Assembly (NCBI GenBank): GCA_963767925.1
Contig: CAVYGB010000013.1
Location: 128,001-192,000, forward strand
DNA from: an uncultured delta proteobacterium
Lineage (GTDB): Bacteria > Myxococcota_A > Polyangia > Fen-1088
Reading direction: 5' to 3'
Length of the DNA stretch: 64,000 nucleotides
The first letter of the stretch is position 1. Every line of letters begins with the position of its first letter. Below are positions 1-7,999 of this stretch, piece by piece. The position numbers were made by a program, and so were the translations under genes. Below the pieces are notes generated by a model. It searched no databases. It saw nothing but the letters and a program-made list of their open reading frames with translations, and was not told the DNA's origin.

Positions 1-59
1 CGGGCGACCGTGATACGGTGGCTGGGTAACGGCCAAGGTTCCGTTCCGCGCTCTCGGAG

Positions 60-1319
60 ATGACCATGAGCGTGAGACAGGAATCGAGACGAGACCCGGT
101 CACGGGTAAGACACGGAGCTTCTGGATCGTGGACCTTTGTGTGCGCCAGGCTGATGGATCGGAGACGCGCGTCCGGCGCGTTCCCCGGATCCAGTCACGG
201 CGTGGGGCGGAGCAGCTGGAACGGGAGCTGCTTTCCCAGAGGCCTGCGGAGCAGAGCGCTGGGAAGGAGGAGAAGAAGGAGACGGAGGAGGAGACTTCCA
301 GGGGGTCGCGGACCTTGGCGGCGTTCGCCACGGACTTCATGGAGAAGTACGCGGTCGCGAACAACAAGCCGTCGGAGATCCAGACGAAGCGCATGATCCT
401 GGCCCTGCACCTCATCCCGGCGCTGGGTCACCTGCGTCTGGAGCAGATCAGGGGAGCCGAGATCGAGGGCTACAAGAGCGGCAAGCTGAAGGAGGGGCTG
501 GCGGCCAAGACGGTGAACAACCACCTCATCGTTCTCAGGCGCATGCTCGGCCTGGCGGCGGAGTGGGGGGAGCTGGACCGCGTGCCGGTGGTGAAGTGGC
601 TCAAGGTGCCGGAGGCGGAGTTCGACTTCCTCGACTTCGAGGAGGCCGAGCGGCTGCTGGCGGCCGTGGAGGAGGGCGAGTGGCGGGCGATGGTCCTGTT
701 GGCCGTCAAGACGGGGCTTCGCCAGGGCGAGATCCTCGCGCTTCGGTGGGCGGACGTGGATCTGGTGGCCGGGCACCTGGTGGTCCGGCAGTCCGCCACG
801 CGGGGGATCGTCACCACGCCGAAGAACGGGAAGTCGCGCAAGATCCCGCTCGCTCCGTCGGTGCTGACGGCTCTCAGGAGCCACCGGCATCTCCGGGGCA
901 AGCTGGTCTTCTGCGCGGCGGACGGGCGCATGCTCACCAAGAACGAGTGCAAGCACCCGCTCTGGCGAGCGTGCCGCCGGGCGGGACTTCGGCAGGTCGG
1001 GTGGCACATGCTCCGGCACACCTTCGCGAGCCACCTCGTCATGCGGGGCGCTCCGATCAAGGCGGTGCAGGAGCTACTCGGCCACGCTTCGATCGAGATG
1101 ACGATGCGCTACGCGCACCTGTCGCCAGACGCCCGGCGGGACGCCGTCGGGCTGCTGGACATCGCCTCGGGCGCGGGCCTGGGACGTGGTCCGTTCCAAG
1201 CGGGGAGTGGCGATCGCGAGTGGCTGGCCGGAGGGGCCGGAGGCTCTTGCTCCGACTCCTCTGACCCAGCGGCCGGGAAAGGCCCGGCATCCGCGGCCGA
1301 GCCAAGCTCGGACCTCTGA
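60..1319 (+). CDS. Tyrosine recombinase / phage-type integrase
   Basis: Catalytic R-K-HxxR-H-Y set: TGLRQGE, PKNGKSR, HMLRHTFASHL, LLGHASIEMTMRYAHL; N-terminal arm-binding-like and SAM-like regions. Confidence 0.95.
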   Translation: MTMSVRQESRRDPVTGKTRSFWIVDLCVRQADGSETRVRRVPRIQSRRGAEQLERELLSQRPAEQSAGKEEKKETEEETSRGSRTLAAFATDFMEKYAVANNKPSEIQTKRMILALHLIPALGHLRLEQIRGAEIEGYKSGKLKEGLAAKTVNNHLIVLRRMLGLAAEWGELDRVPVVKWLKVPEAEFDFLDFEEAERLLAAVEEGEWRAMVLLAVKTGLRQGEILALRWADVDLVAGHLVVRQSATRGIVTTPKNGKSRKIPLAPSVLTALRSHRHLRGKLVFCAADGRMLTKNECKHPLWRACRRAGLRQVGWHMLRHTFASHLVMRGAPIKAVQELLGHASIEMTMRYAHLSPDARRDAVGLLDIASGAGLGRGPFQAGSGDREWLAGGAGGSCSDSSDPAAGKGPASAAEPSSDL

Positions 1320-1382
1320 CGCGGATCTGCGACAACCTGACGGCAACGACGTCAGAACGAACCGTAACTACCTGACTTAACT

Positions 1383-1407
1383 GTGGAGGCGCCGGGTACT
1401 GCCCCCG
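1383..1407 (-). mobile_element. Putative att site: tmRNA/tRNA-Ala-like 3' end fragment (T-arm plus acceptor strand)
   Basis: Minus strand reads CGGG-GGCAGTA-CCCG-G-CGCCTCC-AC, a T-arm hairpin followed by an Ala-type acceptor 3' strand; 64 bp past the integrase stop; no intact tRNA/tmRNA seen around it. Confidence 0.6.
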
Positions 1408-1511
1408 TCTGTGGGGTTCCGGACGGATCTCATGCACGGAAGACGCGCACGAGATCCGTCGGCCGGGCACGACGCTCGTGCGCCCTCCCGGCCCCGGTCG
1501 CTGGGGCTCCG

Positions 1512-2021
1512 CTACCGGAGGCGCTTTTCCATCGGCAGCACCGGGACCGCCTCGCGCCCGTGGGTCAGCACGCGGTTGCCCGGGCCGGGCTGGAAGCCGG
1601 CGTGGGCGTAGAACGGCACCGCGTTGAGGGACATGGCCCCGTGCAGCCGGGGCAACCCCCGCGCGCGCGCCCGCGCCTCCGCCCAGGCCAGCAGCGTGCG
1701 CCCGTAGCCCCGGCCCTGGGTGGCCCCGTCGACGAACAGGGCCCGCAGCCGCCCGTCACCGAGGTCGAGCTGGGCCGCGCCCACCAGCAGGCCGCCCACC
1801 TCGGCCACCACCGTGTCGAAGGGTAACATCACCTCGAGAAACAGGCTCTGGGCGTAGCCCAGGAAGACCGCCCGCCGCTGCGCCGGTCCGTAGTGGGCCC
1901 GGCAGCCCCGCTCGATGGCCCGTTCGATAAGCCGCAGCACATCCGGGACGTCCTCGAACACCGCCCGCCGCATCCGCCAGCCCGACCCGGCGCGCGACCC
2001 CGCTGTGGGAGCCAGCCGCAT
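1512..2021 (-). CDS. GNAT family N-acetyltransferase
   Basis: LFVDGATQGRGYGRTLL (motif A, QxxGxG) and NAVPFYAHAGF (motif B); start may be at 1973. Confidence 0.88.
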   Translation of the reverse strand: MRLAPTAGSRAGSGWRMRRAVFEDVPDVLRLIERAIERGCRAHYGPAQRRAVFLGYAQSLFLEVMLPFDTVVAEVGGLLVGAAQLDLGDGRLRALFVDGATQGRGYGRTLLAWAEARARARGLPRLHGAMSLNAVPFYAHAGFQPGPGNRVLTHGREAVPVLPMEKRLR

Positions 2022-2068
2022 CCCTCAACTCTGACACGGCCGCTGCCCGGGGACCGCTCGCGCGGGCG

Positions 2069-3544
2069 CTAGGGCACGGCGCCGAGGCCCGGGCCGGTGA
2101 GCTGGCCGGTGTTCATGACGCCGTCGCGGATGGTGCACAGCCCGGGAAAGCGGGCCTCCCAGGCGGCGTTGGCCGCGGGGACGAACTGGCGGGCGTTGGC
2201 CTCGATGCCGGCGTTGCCCGGCACCCGCGCCGCGATGCCCGCCGAGTGCACCAGCGAGGCGCCGGGGCAGGTCAGGTCCTGCACCGTGATGAACAGGCCG
2301 TTCTTGCGGGCGGCGGCGGCCATCAATACGGCGTGGGTTTGCCCCTTGCACGCCTTCAGCGCGACGCCGGTGTAGCCCATCTGGCGGGCGAGCAAGAGCG
2401 TCTCGGTGTCGGTGAGCGCCTCGTCCACCACCACCGGGCGGAGGCGGGAGGCCGCGTGCATCGGGTTGGCCTTGCTCCCCTGCAGGTCGCGGCTGGTGGG
2501 CTGCTCGATGTAGAGGATGCGCTGGAACCCCTCGGGGGTGGCCTTCTGCAGGCGGGCCAGGTACTCGAGCAGGTAGTCGACGTCGGGGCAGCCCTCGTTG
2601 AAGTCGAGGCAATATTTCCAGTCGCGCACGCCCCGGGCCGGCAGGACCCGGGCCACGATGCGGTCGATGTGGACCGTGCGCTCGTAGTCGGCCGGCAGGT
2701 TGCCCCCGTTGAGCTTGATCTTGAAGCGGAACAGGCCGTCGCGGGCGATCCACTCCTCGAAGGTGTTGGGCAGGCCGTCGGCGAGCGGCTGCTTGACGTC
2801 GGCCGCCTCCAGCGGGTCGCTGGCGCCGATGGAGTGGAACACCGGCATGGTGGCCTGCGGCTCTGCAGCCACGTAGCGGTCGAGGTATTCGCCCCGGTAC
2901 TCCGGACCCAGATCAACCGACAGGTCGCGGGTCATGAAGTCGGCCCCGTAGGTCTGATAGGCGCTCAGCCGGTAGGCCTTGCCGTAGGCGTCGTGCAGGG
3001 CCGCGTCGAAGGCGCTGGCCACCACCAGGGTGGCCAGCTTGGGGATGGCGGTGGGCAGCTTCTGCTCGCGCGAAAGCTCGGCGGCGGCGCGCAGGTACTC
3101 CGGCTCCAGCACGCGAAACAGGTCGATCGGGTGGCCGCTCTCCGTGCAGGCGCCGGTGATGCGGGCCAGCCGGTCGGCCAGGGCGCGCATCGCCGCCTGT
3201 CCCACCTCGTGCGAGGCGGCGGGGAAGGCCCAGGCGTTCCCCAGGGTCATCGATCCGAACCCGCTGGCCTCCCGCCCGTCGCCGGTGCGCAGCCGGCAGG
3301 TCACGTTGCACAAGGTGGTGCGGTCCACCTTTCGCCCCCCGAACATGTAGGGGGCCCGGTAATGGAACTCCTCGAAGGTGTGGCTCACCTCCTGGATGCG
3401 CGCCGCCGTCCCCCGCGCCACCTTCCCCGCCGGGGCGCCGCCGCCTCCGGCCGTCTGCCGCCCGGCACAGCCCGCCGCCAGGGCCGGGGGGGTCAGCGCC
3501 GCCGCCCGCAGCAGCGCCCGCCGCGACAGGGTCACCCTTCTCAT
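2069..3544 (-). CDS. Enolase-superfamily (mandelate racemase/MLE-like) protein with Tat-lipoprotein-like signal
   Basis: KIKLNG (KxK), LDFNE, YIEQP, VVVDE and ALKACKG motifs; N-terminus MRRVTLSRRALL...LAAGC; ATG at 3544 overlaps the pcm stop (ATGA). Confidence 0.82.
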   Translation of the reverse strand: MRRVTLSRRALLRAAALTPPALAAGCAGRQTAGGGGAPAGKVARGTAARIQEVSHTFEEFHYRAPYMFGGRKVDRTTLCNVTCRLRTGDGREASGFGSMTLGNAWAFPAASHEVGQAAMRALADRLARITGACTESGHPIDLFRVLEPEYLRAAAELSREQKLPTAIPKLATLVVASAFDAALHDAYGKAYRLSAYQTYGADFMTRDLSVDLGPEYRGEYLDRYVAAEPQATMPVFHSIGASDPLEAADVKQPLADGLPNTFEEWIARDGLFRFKIKLNGGNLPADYERTVHIDRIVARVLPARGVRDWKYCLDFNEGCPDVDYLLEYLARLQKATPEGFQRILYIEQPTSRDLQGSKANPMHAASRLRPVVVDEALTDTETLLLARQMGYTGVALKACKGQTHAVLMAAAARKNGLFITVQDLTCPGASLVHSAGIAARVPGNAGIEANARQFVPAANAAWEARFPGLCTIRDGVMNTGQLTGPGLGAVP

Positions 3545-4326
3545 GGGCGCTTTCCCCCGGCCTGTCCGACCATCGGCACGAAGCGCACCGGCGCCACCGC
3601 CCGCTCGCTGAACTGGCCTTCCCCCGGCCCGCGGGTGATCACGACCAGGTTCTGGTAGCGCTCGCCAACCGGGACCACCAGCCGGCCGCCCGGCGCGAGC
3701 TGCTGCTTGAGCGGCTCGGGCACCTTCGGGGGGGCGGCGGTCACCACGATGGCGTCGAAGGGCGCGGCCTCGGGCCAGCCCTGGTAGCCGTCGCCGATGC
3801 GGGTCTCGATCCGGCCATAGCCCAGGCGCCCGAAGGCCGCGGCGGCCGTTCGCCCCAGCGGCTCGACGATCTCGATGGTGTAGACCTCGGCCCCCAGCTC
3901 GGCCAGCACCGCCGCCTGATAGCCCGATCCGGTGCCGATCTCCAGCACCCGATCCCCCCGGCCCACCGCCGCCAGCTCGCTCATGAGCCCCACGATGTAG
4001 GGCTGGCTGATGGTCTGGTCGTGGCCGATCGGCAGGGGCCGATCTTCGTAGGCCTGGCTGGCGACGCCCGAGGGGACGAAGGCGTGGCGCGGGACCTTGC
4101 CCAGGGCGGCCAGCACGGCGGGGTCGCGTACGCCGCGGGCGGCGATCTGATCGGCCACCATGGCGGCGCGCGCGGGGGCGGTCGGGTCGGCGGGGGCCAG
4201 CGCCGGGGAGGGAGTCCGCGTGCGGCAGGCCGAGGCGCCGGCTGCTACCGGCATCAGGGTCAGCGCCAGCGCGGCGGCGGCCAGCGGGGGCGCGAAGGGA
4301 AGGCTCGAGCGGGGTCGCCGGGGCAT
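3541..4326 (-). CDS. pcm: Protein-L-isoaspartate O-methyltransferase
   Basis: VPRHAFV, QTISQPYIV, VLEIGTGSGYQAA, GDGYQGWPEAAPFDAIVVTAA, VRFVPM. Confidence 0.95.
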   Translation of the reverse strand: MPRRPRSSLPFAPPLAAAALALTLMPVAAGASACRTRTPSPALAPADPTAPARAAMVADQIAARGVRDPAVLAALGKVPRHAFVPSGVASQAYEDRPLPIGHDQTISQPYIVGLMSELAAVGRGDRVLEIGTGSGYQAAVLAELGAEVYTIEIVEPLGRTAAAAFGRLGYGRIETRIGDGYQGWPEAAPFDAIVVTAAPPKVPEPLKQQLAPGGRLVVPVGERYQNLVVITRGPGEGQFSERAVAPVRFVPMVGQAGGKRP

Positions 4327-4464
4327 GCGCGCCCATTAGGGCCCGCCCCCGGGCCGGCGTCAACCGGGGGGGCGGGGGGCGGGGGGCGGTTTTATGGCCC
4401 GCGCGCTGGCAGGGCGCGACGCCTCGGGGACGGGGACGGGGACGGGAGAGACGACGCCGGGCTC

Positions 4465-4773
4465 CTAGGCGGAGAGAGAGGCGCTCTTCTTGGCTCCGGC
4501 GGGGGGGGAGGTGGGAGTCGCTTCGTCGGGGAGGATGATGTTCAGCTCGAGGACGTCGTAGTCGCCGCTCCGGTCGACCTTGACCGAGACGTTCGACAGA
4601 TCGATTTTCTCGAACTTCGCCAGCACCGCCAGCAGCTCCTGTTGTAGCTGGGGGAGGTAGTCGGGACCACGGCCTCGGGTCGCGTCCCGCTCGCGCGCGA
4701 CGATGATCGAGAGCCTTTCCTTGGCGATCGCGGCGGGTCGCGGCCGCCGACGGAAAAAATCGAGCAGCGTCAT
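4465..4773 (-). CDS. minE: Cell division topological specificity factor MinE
   Basis: AKERLSIIVARER, DYLPQLQQELLAVLAK, VLELNIILPD; directly downstream of minD. Confidence 0.95.
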   Translation of the reverse strand: MTLLDFFRRRPRPAAIAKERLSIIVARERDATRGRGPDYLPQLQQELLAVLAKFEKIDLSNVSVKVDRSGDYDVLELNIILPDEATPTSPPAGAKKSASLSA

Positions 4774-4794
4774 GGGAGTGACCTCAACGCCCGA

Positions 4795-5604
4795 CTAGCT
4801 GAACAGGCGCGAGAAAATTCCGGCTTTTCGATCCTGCATGAACCGATGTGCACGCTCCTGACCGAGGAACCGATAGGTCACGTCTAGGTACGCCTGGGCC
4901 ACGTCGGTGTGCTCTTCCATGATCGAGGGCGTCCCCTTGTTGGAAGACAGCAGCACCGCCTTGGACTCCGGGATCACGCCCAGCAGGGGGATGCCGAGCA
5001 GCTCGAGCACGTCCTCCGCGCTCAGCATGTCGCCCTTCTTCACCTGGGAAGGGACGTAGCGGGTCAGCAGGAGGTGGGTCTTGACCGGGACGCCCCCGGC
5101 CTCCGCGCGGTTGGTCTTGGAGGCGAGCAGGCCGATCACCCGGTCGGCGTCCCGCACCGACGAGACCTCGGGGTTGGCCACCACGATGGCCTCGTCCGCG
5201 AAGTACATCGCCATCTGGGCGCCCTTCTCGATGCCGGCGGGCGAGTCGCAGATGATGTATTCGAAGCCGAGGTTCCGCAGCTCGGTCATCACCTGGGAGA
5301 CCCCCTCGATGGTGAGCGCCTCCTTGTCCCGGGTCTGCGAGGCGGCCAGCACGTACAGCGTGTCGATCCGCTTGTCCCGGATGAGCGCCTGGTGCAGCTT
5401 GGCCTCGCCCCGGATGACGTTGATGAAGTCGTAGACGACCCGCCGCTCCACCCCGAGCACCAGGTCCAGGTTCCGCAGACCGACGTCGAAGTCGATGGTG
5501 GCGGTTTTCTGTCCCATCATGGCGAGCCCGGCAGCGATGTTCGCGGCAGTGGTGGTCTTCCCCACCCCCCCTTTGCCTGACGTAACGACGACGACTTTGG
5601 ACAC
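4795..5604 (-). CDS. minD: Septum site-determining ATPase MinD
   Basis: Deviant Walker A SGKGGVGKTT, DFDVGLRNLD, DSPAGIE, NPEVSSVRDADR; C-terminal amphipathic helix IFSRLFS. Confidence 0.97.
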   Translation of the reverse strand: MSKVVVVTSGKGGVGKTTTAANIAAGLAMMGQKTATIDFDVGLRNLDLVLGVERRVVYDFINVIRGEAKLHQALIRDKRIDTLYVLAASQTRDKEALTIEGVSQVMTELRNLGFEYIICDSPAGIEKGAQMAMYFADEAIVVANPEVSSVRDADRVIGLLASKTNRAEAGGVPVKTHLLLTRYVPSQVKKGDMLSAEDVLELLGIPLLGVIPESKAVLLSSNKGTPSIMEEHTDVAQAYLDVTYRFLGQERAHRFMQDRKAGIFSRLFS

Positions 5605-5723
5605 GTGTGCCTCCTATTAGAGCGGAACCCTCTAGAGGTCCCAACCGTGTCTTCCACTAAAGGGCAGGATCGCTCCCGCCACAAATTTTTTGCCTGTTTT
5701 CGCCCGGTGGGGACCCCTGCGCC

Positions 5724-6548
5724 TCACAGCGGCAGGATCACGCACTCGCCGTTGCGGACGAAGATCTGGGCCGGCTTGCCCAGGCGGTCGGGGGGGATGT
5801 CGTCGAAGGTGACGTAGGCGCCGCTGACCGCGATCAGCTCGGCCTCCAGCTTCTGGCAGAAGATGCAGGCATCGGTGAAACCCTTGGCTCCCGCCACCGC
5901 CCGCCCGCGCAGGGGCGCGTAGACGTGGATGTTGCCGTCGGCGACGATCTGCGCGCCCGGGTTCACAGGGGCCAGGACGATGAGGTCGTTCCGTTCGGCG
6001 TAGATCAGCTGCCCCGAGCGCACCGGCTCGCGGATCACCATCGGCACCCGGTGGGCGGCCAGCGGCGGGCGCAGGGCCGCCTCGGCGGGCGGCCCCGCCG
6101 GGGCGGCGGTCGCGGCGCCGTCGGACCCGGGCGTGGCGGTCGGGCCGGGCGCCGAGGGGGCGCGGGGCGCGGGGCCGATGGGCGCGTTCAGCGAGACGAT
6201 ACCCAGGCCGGCGGCCAGCGCCGCCGCCCGGTAGGCGTCGTCGATGTTGGCCACCGCCACCGGGACCACCCGGCAGACCCCGAGGGCCCGCACCAGCGCG
6301 CCCAGCGGGAACCCGGCCAGCCCCCCTTCCAGCTCGGCCAGGTCGAGCACCACCGGCGCGTCCTGGAAGAACTGCGGGAACTGGGTCACCTTGGCCCGGA
6401 GCTGCCGCTCGATGAGGTTGAGGTCGCGGGATCGCAGCCGCAGGACCGTCATCGAGGCCATCACCCCTTTGAGGTCGAAGGCGGCGTGGCTTCGGGTCAC
6501 GGCCGTCACGGCGCTTTCCGGGGGGCGGTCGCTCGAGAACGCTTCCAT
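5724..6548 (-). CDS. minC: Septum site-determining protein MinC
   Basis: FFQDAPVVLDL N-domain; C-domain VRSGQLIYA, VNPGAQIVADGNIHVYAPLRGRAVAGA; start taken at ATG 6548 after GGAGG. Confidence 0.93.
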   Translation of the reverse strand: MEAFSSDRPPESAVTAVTRSHAAFDLKGVMASMTVLRLRSRDLNLIERQLRAKVTQFPQFFQDAPVVLDLAELEGGLAGFPLGALVRALGVCRVVPVAVANIDDAYRAAALAAGLGIVSLNAPIGPAPRAPSAPGPTATPGSDGAATAAPAGPPAEAALRPPLAAHRVPMVIREPVRSGQLIYAERNDLIVLAPVNPGAQIVADGNIHVYAPLRGRAVAGAKGFTDACIFCQKLEAELIAVSGAYVTFDDIPPDRLGKPAQIFVRNGECVILPL

Positions 6549-6735
6549 GTTTTTTGCCTGACCTCCAGGCGGGGTTAATCCGCCGATTGTCGGCGACCCC
6601 CGTCGCCCGTCAACTTTCACGCCCGGGAAGCGCGCTACCGGGTGCGTCGCGCGCTTCGCACTGGAGGGCCCCGAGGTCGGCAATTCGTTTTGCACCGCGC
6701 TGCATAAGAGGGCGGAAACATGGGGTCAACGTCGC

Positions 6736-6751
6736 TGGCCCGCAAGATGCA
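6736..6751 (+). promoter_or_regulatory. Putative sigma54 (-24/-12) promoter
   Basis: TGGCCCGCAAGATGCA has exact GG-N10-GC spacing and is close to TGGCACG-N4-TTGCW; about 40 nt upstream of an AGGAGG-led ORF. Confidence 0.55.
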
Positions 6752-6789
6752 ATTGTTTCCCGGTGTCACCGTCAGGAGGAAAAAACCAG

Positions 6790-6975
6790 ATGTCCATGAC
6801 CGCTCTTCGTCAAGCTGCTTTCGGCGCCCGTCGGCTCTACACCGTCGGCAATGGGTCCGAGGGCAAGCGGGCCGAAAAGGGCAGCTCGGACGCGCAGACC
6901 GATCGCGACGCCCGCGACAACCAGGTGGCCCTCGAGCCGCACTGGCAGGCCGCGATCGACTCCGCCACGGACTAG
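6790..6975 (+). CDS. Small hypothetical protein (61 aa) ending WQAAIDSATD
   Basis: AGGAGG RBS upstream of ATG 6790, GC3-rich codons, flanked by a sigma54-like promoter and a terminator. Confidence 0.7.
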   Translation: MSMTALRQAAFGARRLYTVGNGSEGKRAEKGSSDAQTDRDARDNQVALEPHWQAAIDSATD

Positions 6976-7016
6976 CTCCGCCGCCTGGCTGCAGCCGCGC
7001 CAGGCCCCAGATTTCC

Positions 7017-7086
7017 AGAGGGGAGGGCAGCGGCGCCGAGGTCGACTTGCCATTGCCTCGGCGCCCTGTTCCTCCCTCTTTTTTTT
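7017..7086 (+). terminator. Intrinsic (Rho-independent) terminator
   Basis: Long hairpin AGAGGGGAGGGCAG-C-GGCGCCGAGG / CCTCGGCGCC-CTGTTCCTCCCTCT followed by T8; lies between convergent genes. Confidence 0.85.
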
Positions 7087-7102
7087 CCGGCGGGAGGGTC
7101 GG

Positions 7103-7999
7103 CTACCTTGCCCGATTCGCTGCGCTGGCTCTGGCGCGATCACCGCTCGCCCCCCGCGCCGGCTGCGCCCCCCACCACCACCGCAGGTCGATGACCGGCA
7201 GCAGGAGGTTGGACCGGACCGGCCGGCCAGCCTCGTCGACCGCGTGCTGGTAGTCGTTCCAGGCGTACACCCCCAGCACCAGGCGGGTGCGGGCCCCCAG
7301 GGCCAGATCCAGGCCCAGCCCGGCCCGGACGGTGAGGCGGGAGAGAAAGCCGCGGGTGTGGTCCTCGTCGACCCCGTGCAGGTAGAGGTCGGCAGAGACG
7401 CGCCAGCGCAAGCGCTGGCCCAGGGCCCGGTCGAACAGGGCCCCCAGCCGTCCCCGGTACCCCGCCAGCACCGGATCGAAGACCAGGTCGAGGGGCGCCA
7501 GGCTCTCGAGCGGTCGGGCATCCGTCGCCACCAGGGGGACGCCGACCGCCACCTCCGCGCGCGCGGTCAGCACCGCCCGCTCGCTCCCGTGGCTGGCCAG
7601 CAGCCCCACCCGCGGCACGAGCGTCCAGCCCACCTCGCCGCCACCCCGCTCCCAGGAGGGGAAGAGGTGCCCCTGCAGCAGGCGCATCGCCGGCGAGGGG
7701 AGCGCCAGCCCGTATTGTCCGGTGAGCTGCCAGGGCCCCGCCTGCAGGTGCCGCACGCTGGCCTCGAGGTGGGGAGCGGCGAAGAAGAGCAGGGGGTGGG
7801 CGGCCAGCTCGACCCGGTCGTTGACCGCGTAGCGCAGGGGGCTCCACACCCCGGCGGTCCAGCGGCCGGCCGGGGCGGTGCGGGCCTGGTCGCGCGCCTC
7901 GAGCAGCGGCCCGCCGCCGTCGGTGCCGGCCCGCGCCCGGGGGCTGGCGCTCGCGAGCGCCGCCAGCAGGATCGCGCGCGCCAGCGCCCGCGACTTCAC
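7103..7999 (-). CDS. Hypothetical secreted protein, probable outer-membrane beta-barrel
   Basis: GTG start overlapping the upstream stop (GTGA); signal peptide KSRALARAILLAALASA; alternating amphipathic beta-strands and an aromatic terminal strand IDLRWWW. Confidence 0.6.
   Translation of the reverse strand: MKSRALARAILLAALASASPRARAGTDGGGPLLEARDQARTAPAGRWTAGVWSPLRYAVNDRVELAAHPLLFFAAPHLEASVRHLQAGPWQLTGQYGLALPSPAMRLLQGHLFPSWERGGGEVGWTLVPRVGLLASHGSERAVLTARAEVAVGVPLVATDARPLESLAPLDLVFDPVLAGYRGRLGALFDRALGQRLRWRVSADLYLHGVDEDHTRGFLSRLTVRAGLGLDLALGARTRLVLGVYAWNDYQHAVDEAGRPVRSNLLLPVIDLRWWWGAQPARGASGDRARASAANRAR

Noticed and set aside
1320..1511. Intact tRNA or tmRNA gene next to the integrase
   Set aside because: Only a T-arm and 3' acceptor strand are present. 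I found no matching 5' acceptor strand (GGGGGCG), D-arm or anticodon arm, and there is no room for a full tmRNA.
3541..4326. pcm as a lasso aspartimide-forming methyltransferase
   Set aside because: It is about 29 kb from the lasso locus, has canonical housekeeping Pcm motifs and lacks an extra C-terminal domain.
6678..6694. Second sigma54 promoter candidate (CGGCAATTCGTTTTGCA)
   Set aside because: The GG-to-GC spacing is 11 nt rather than the required 10.
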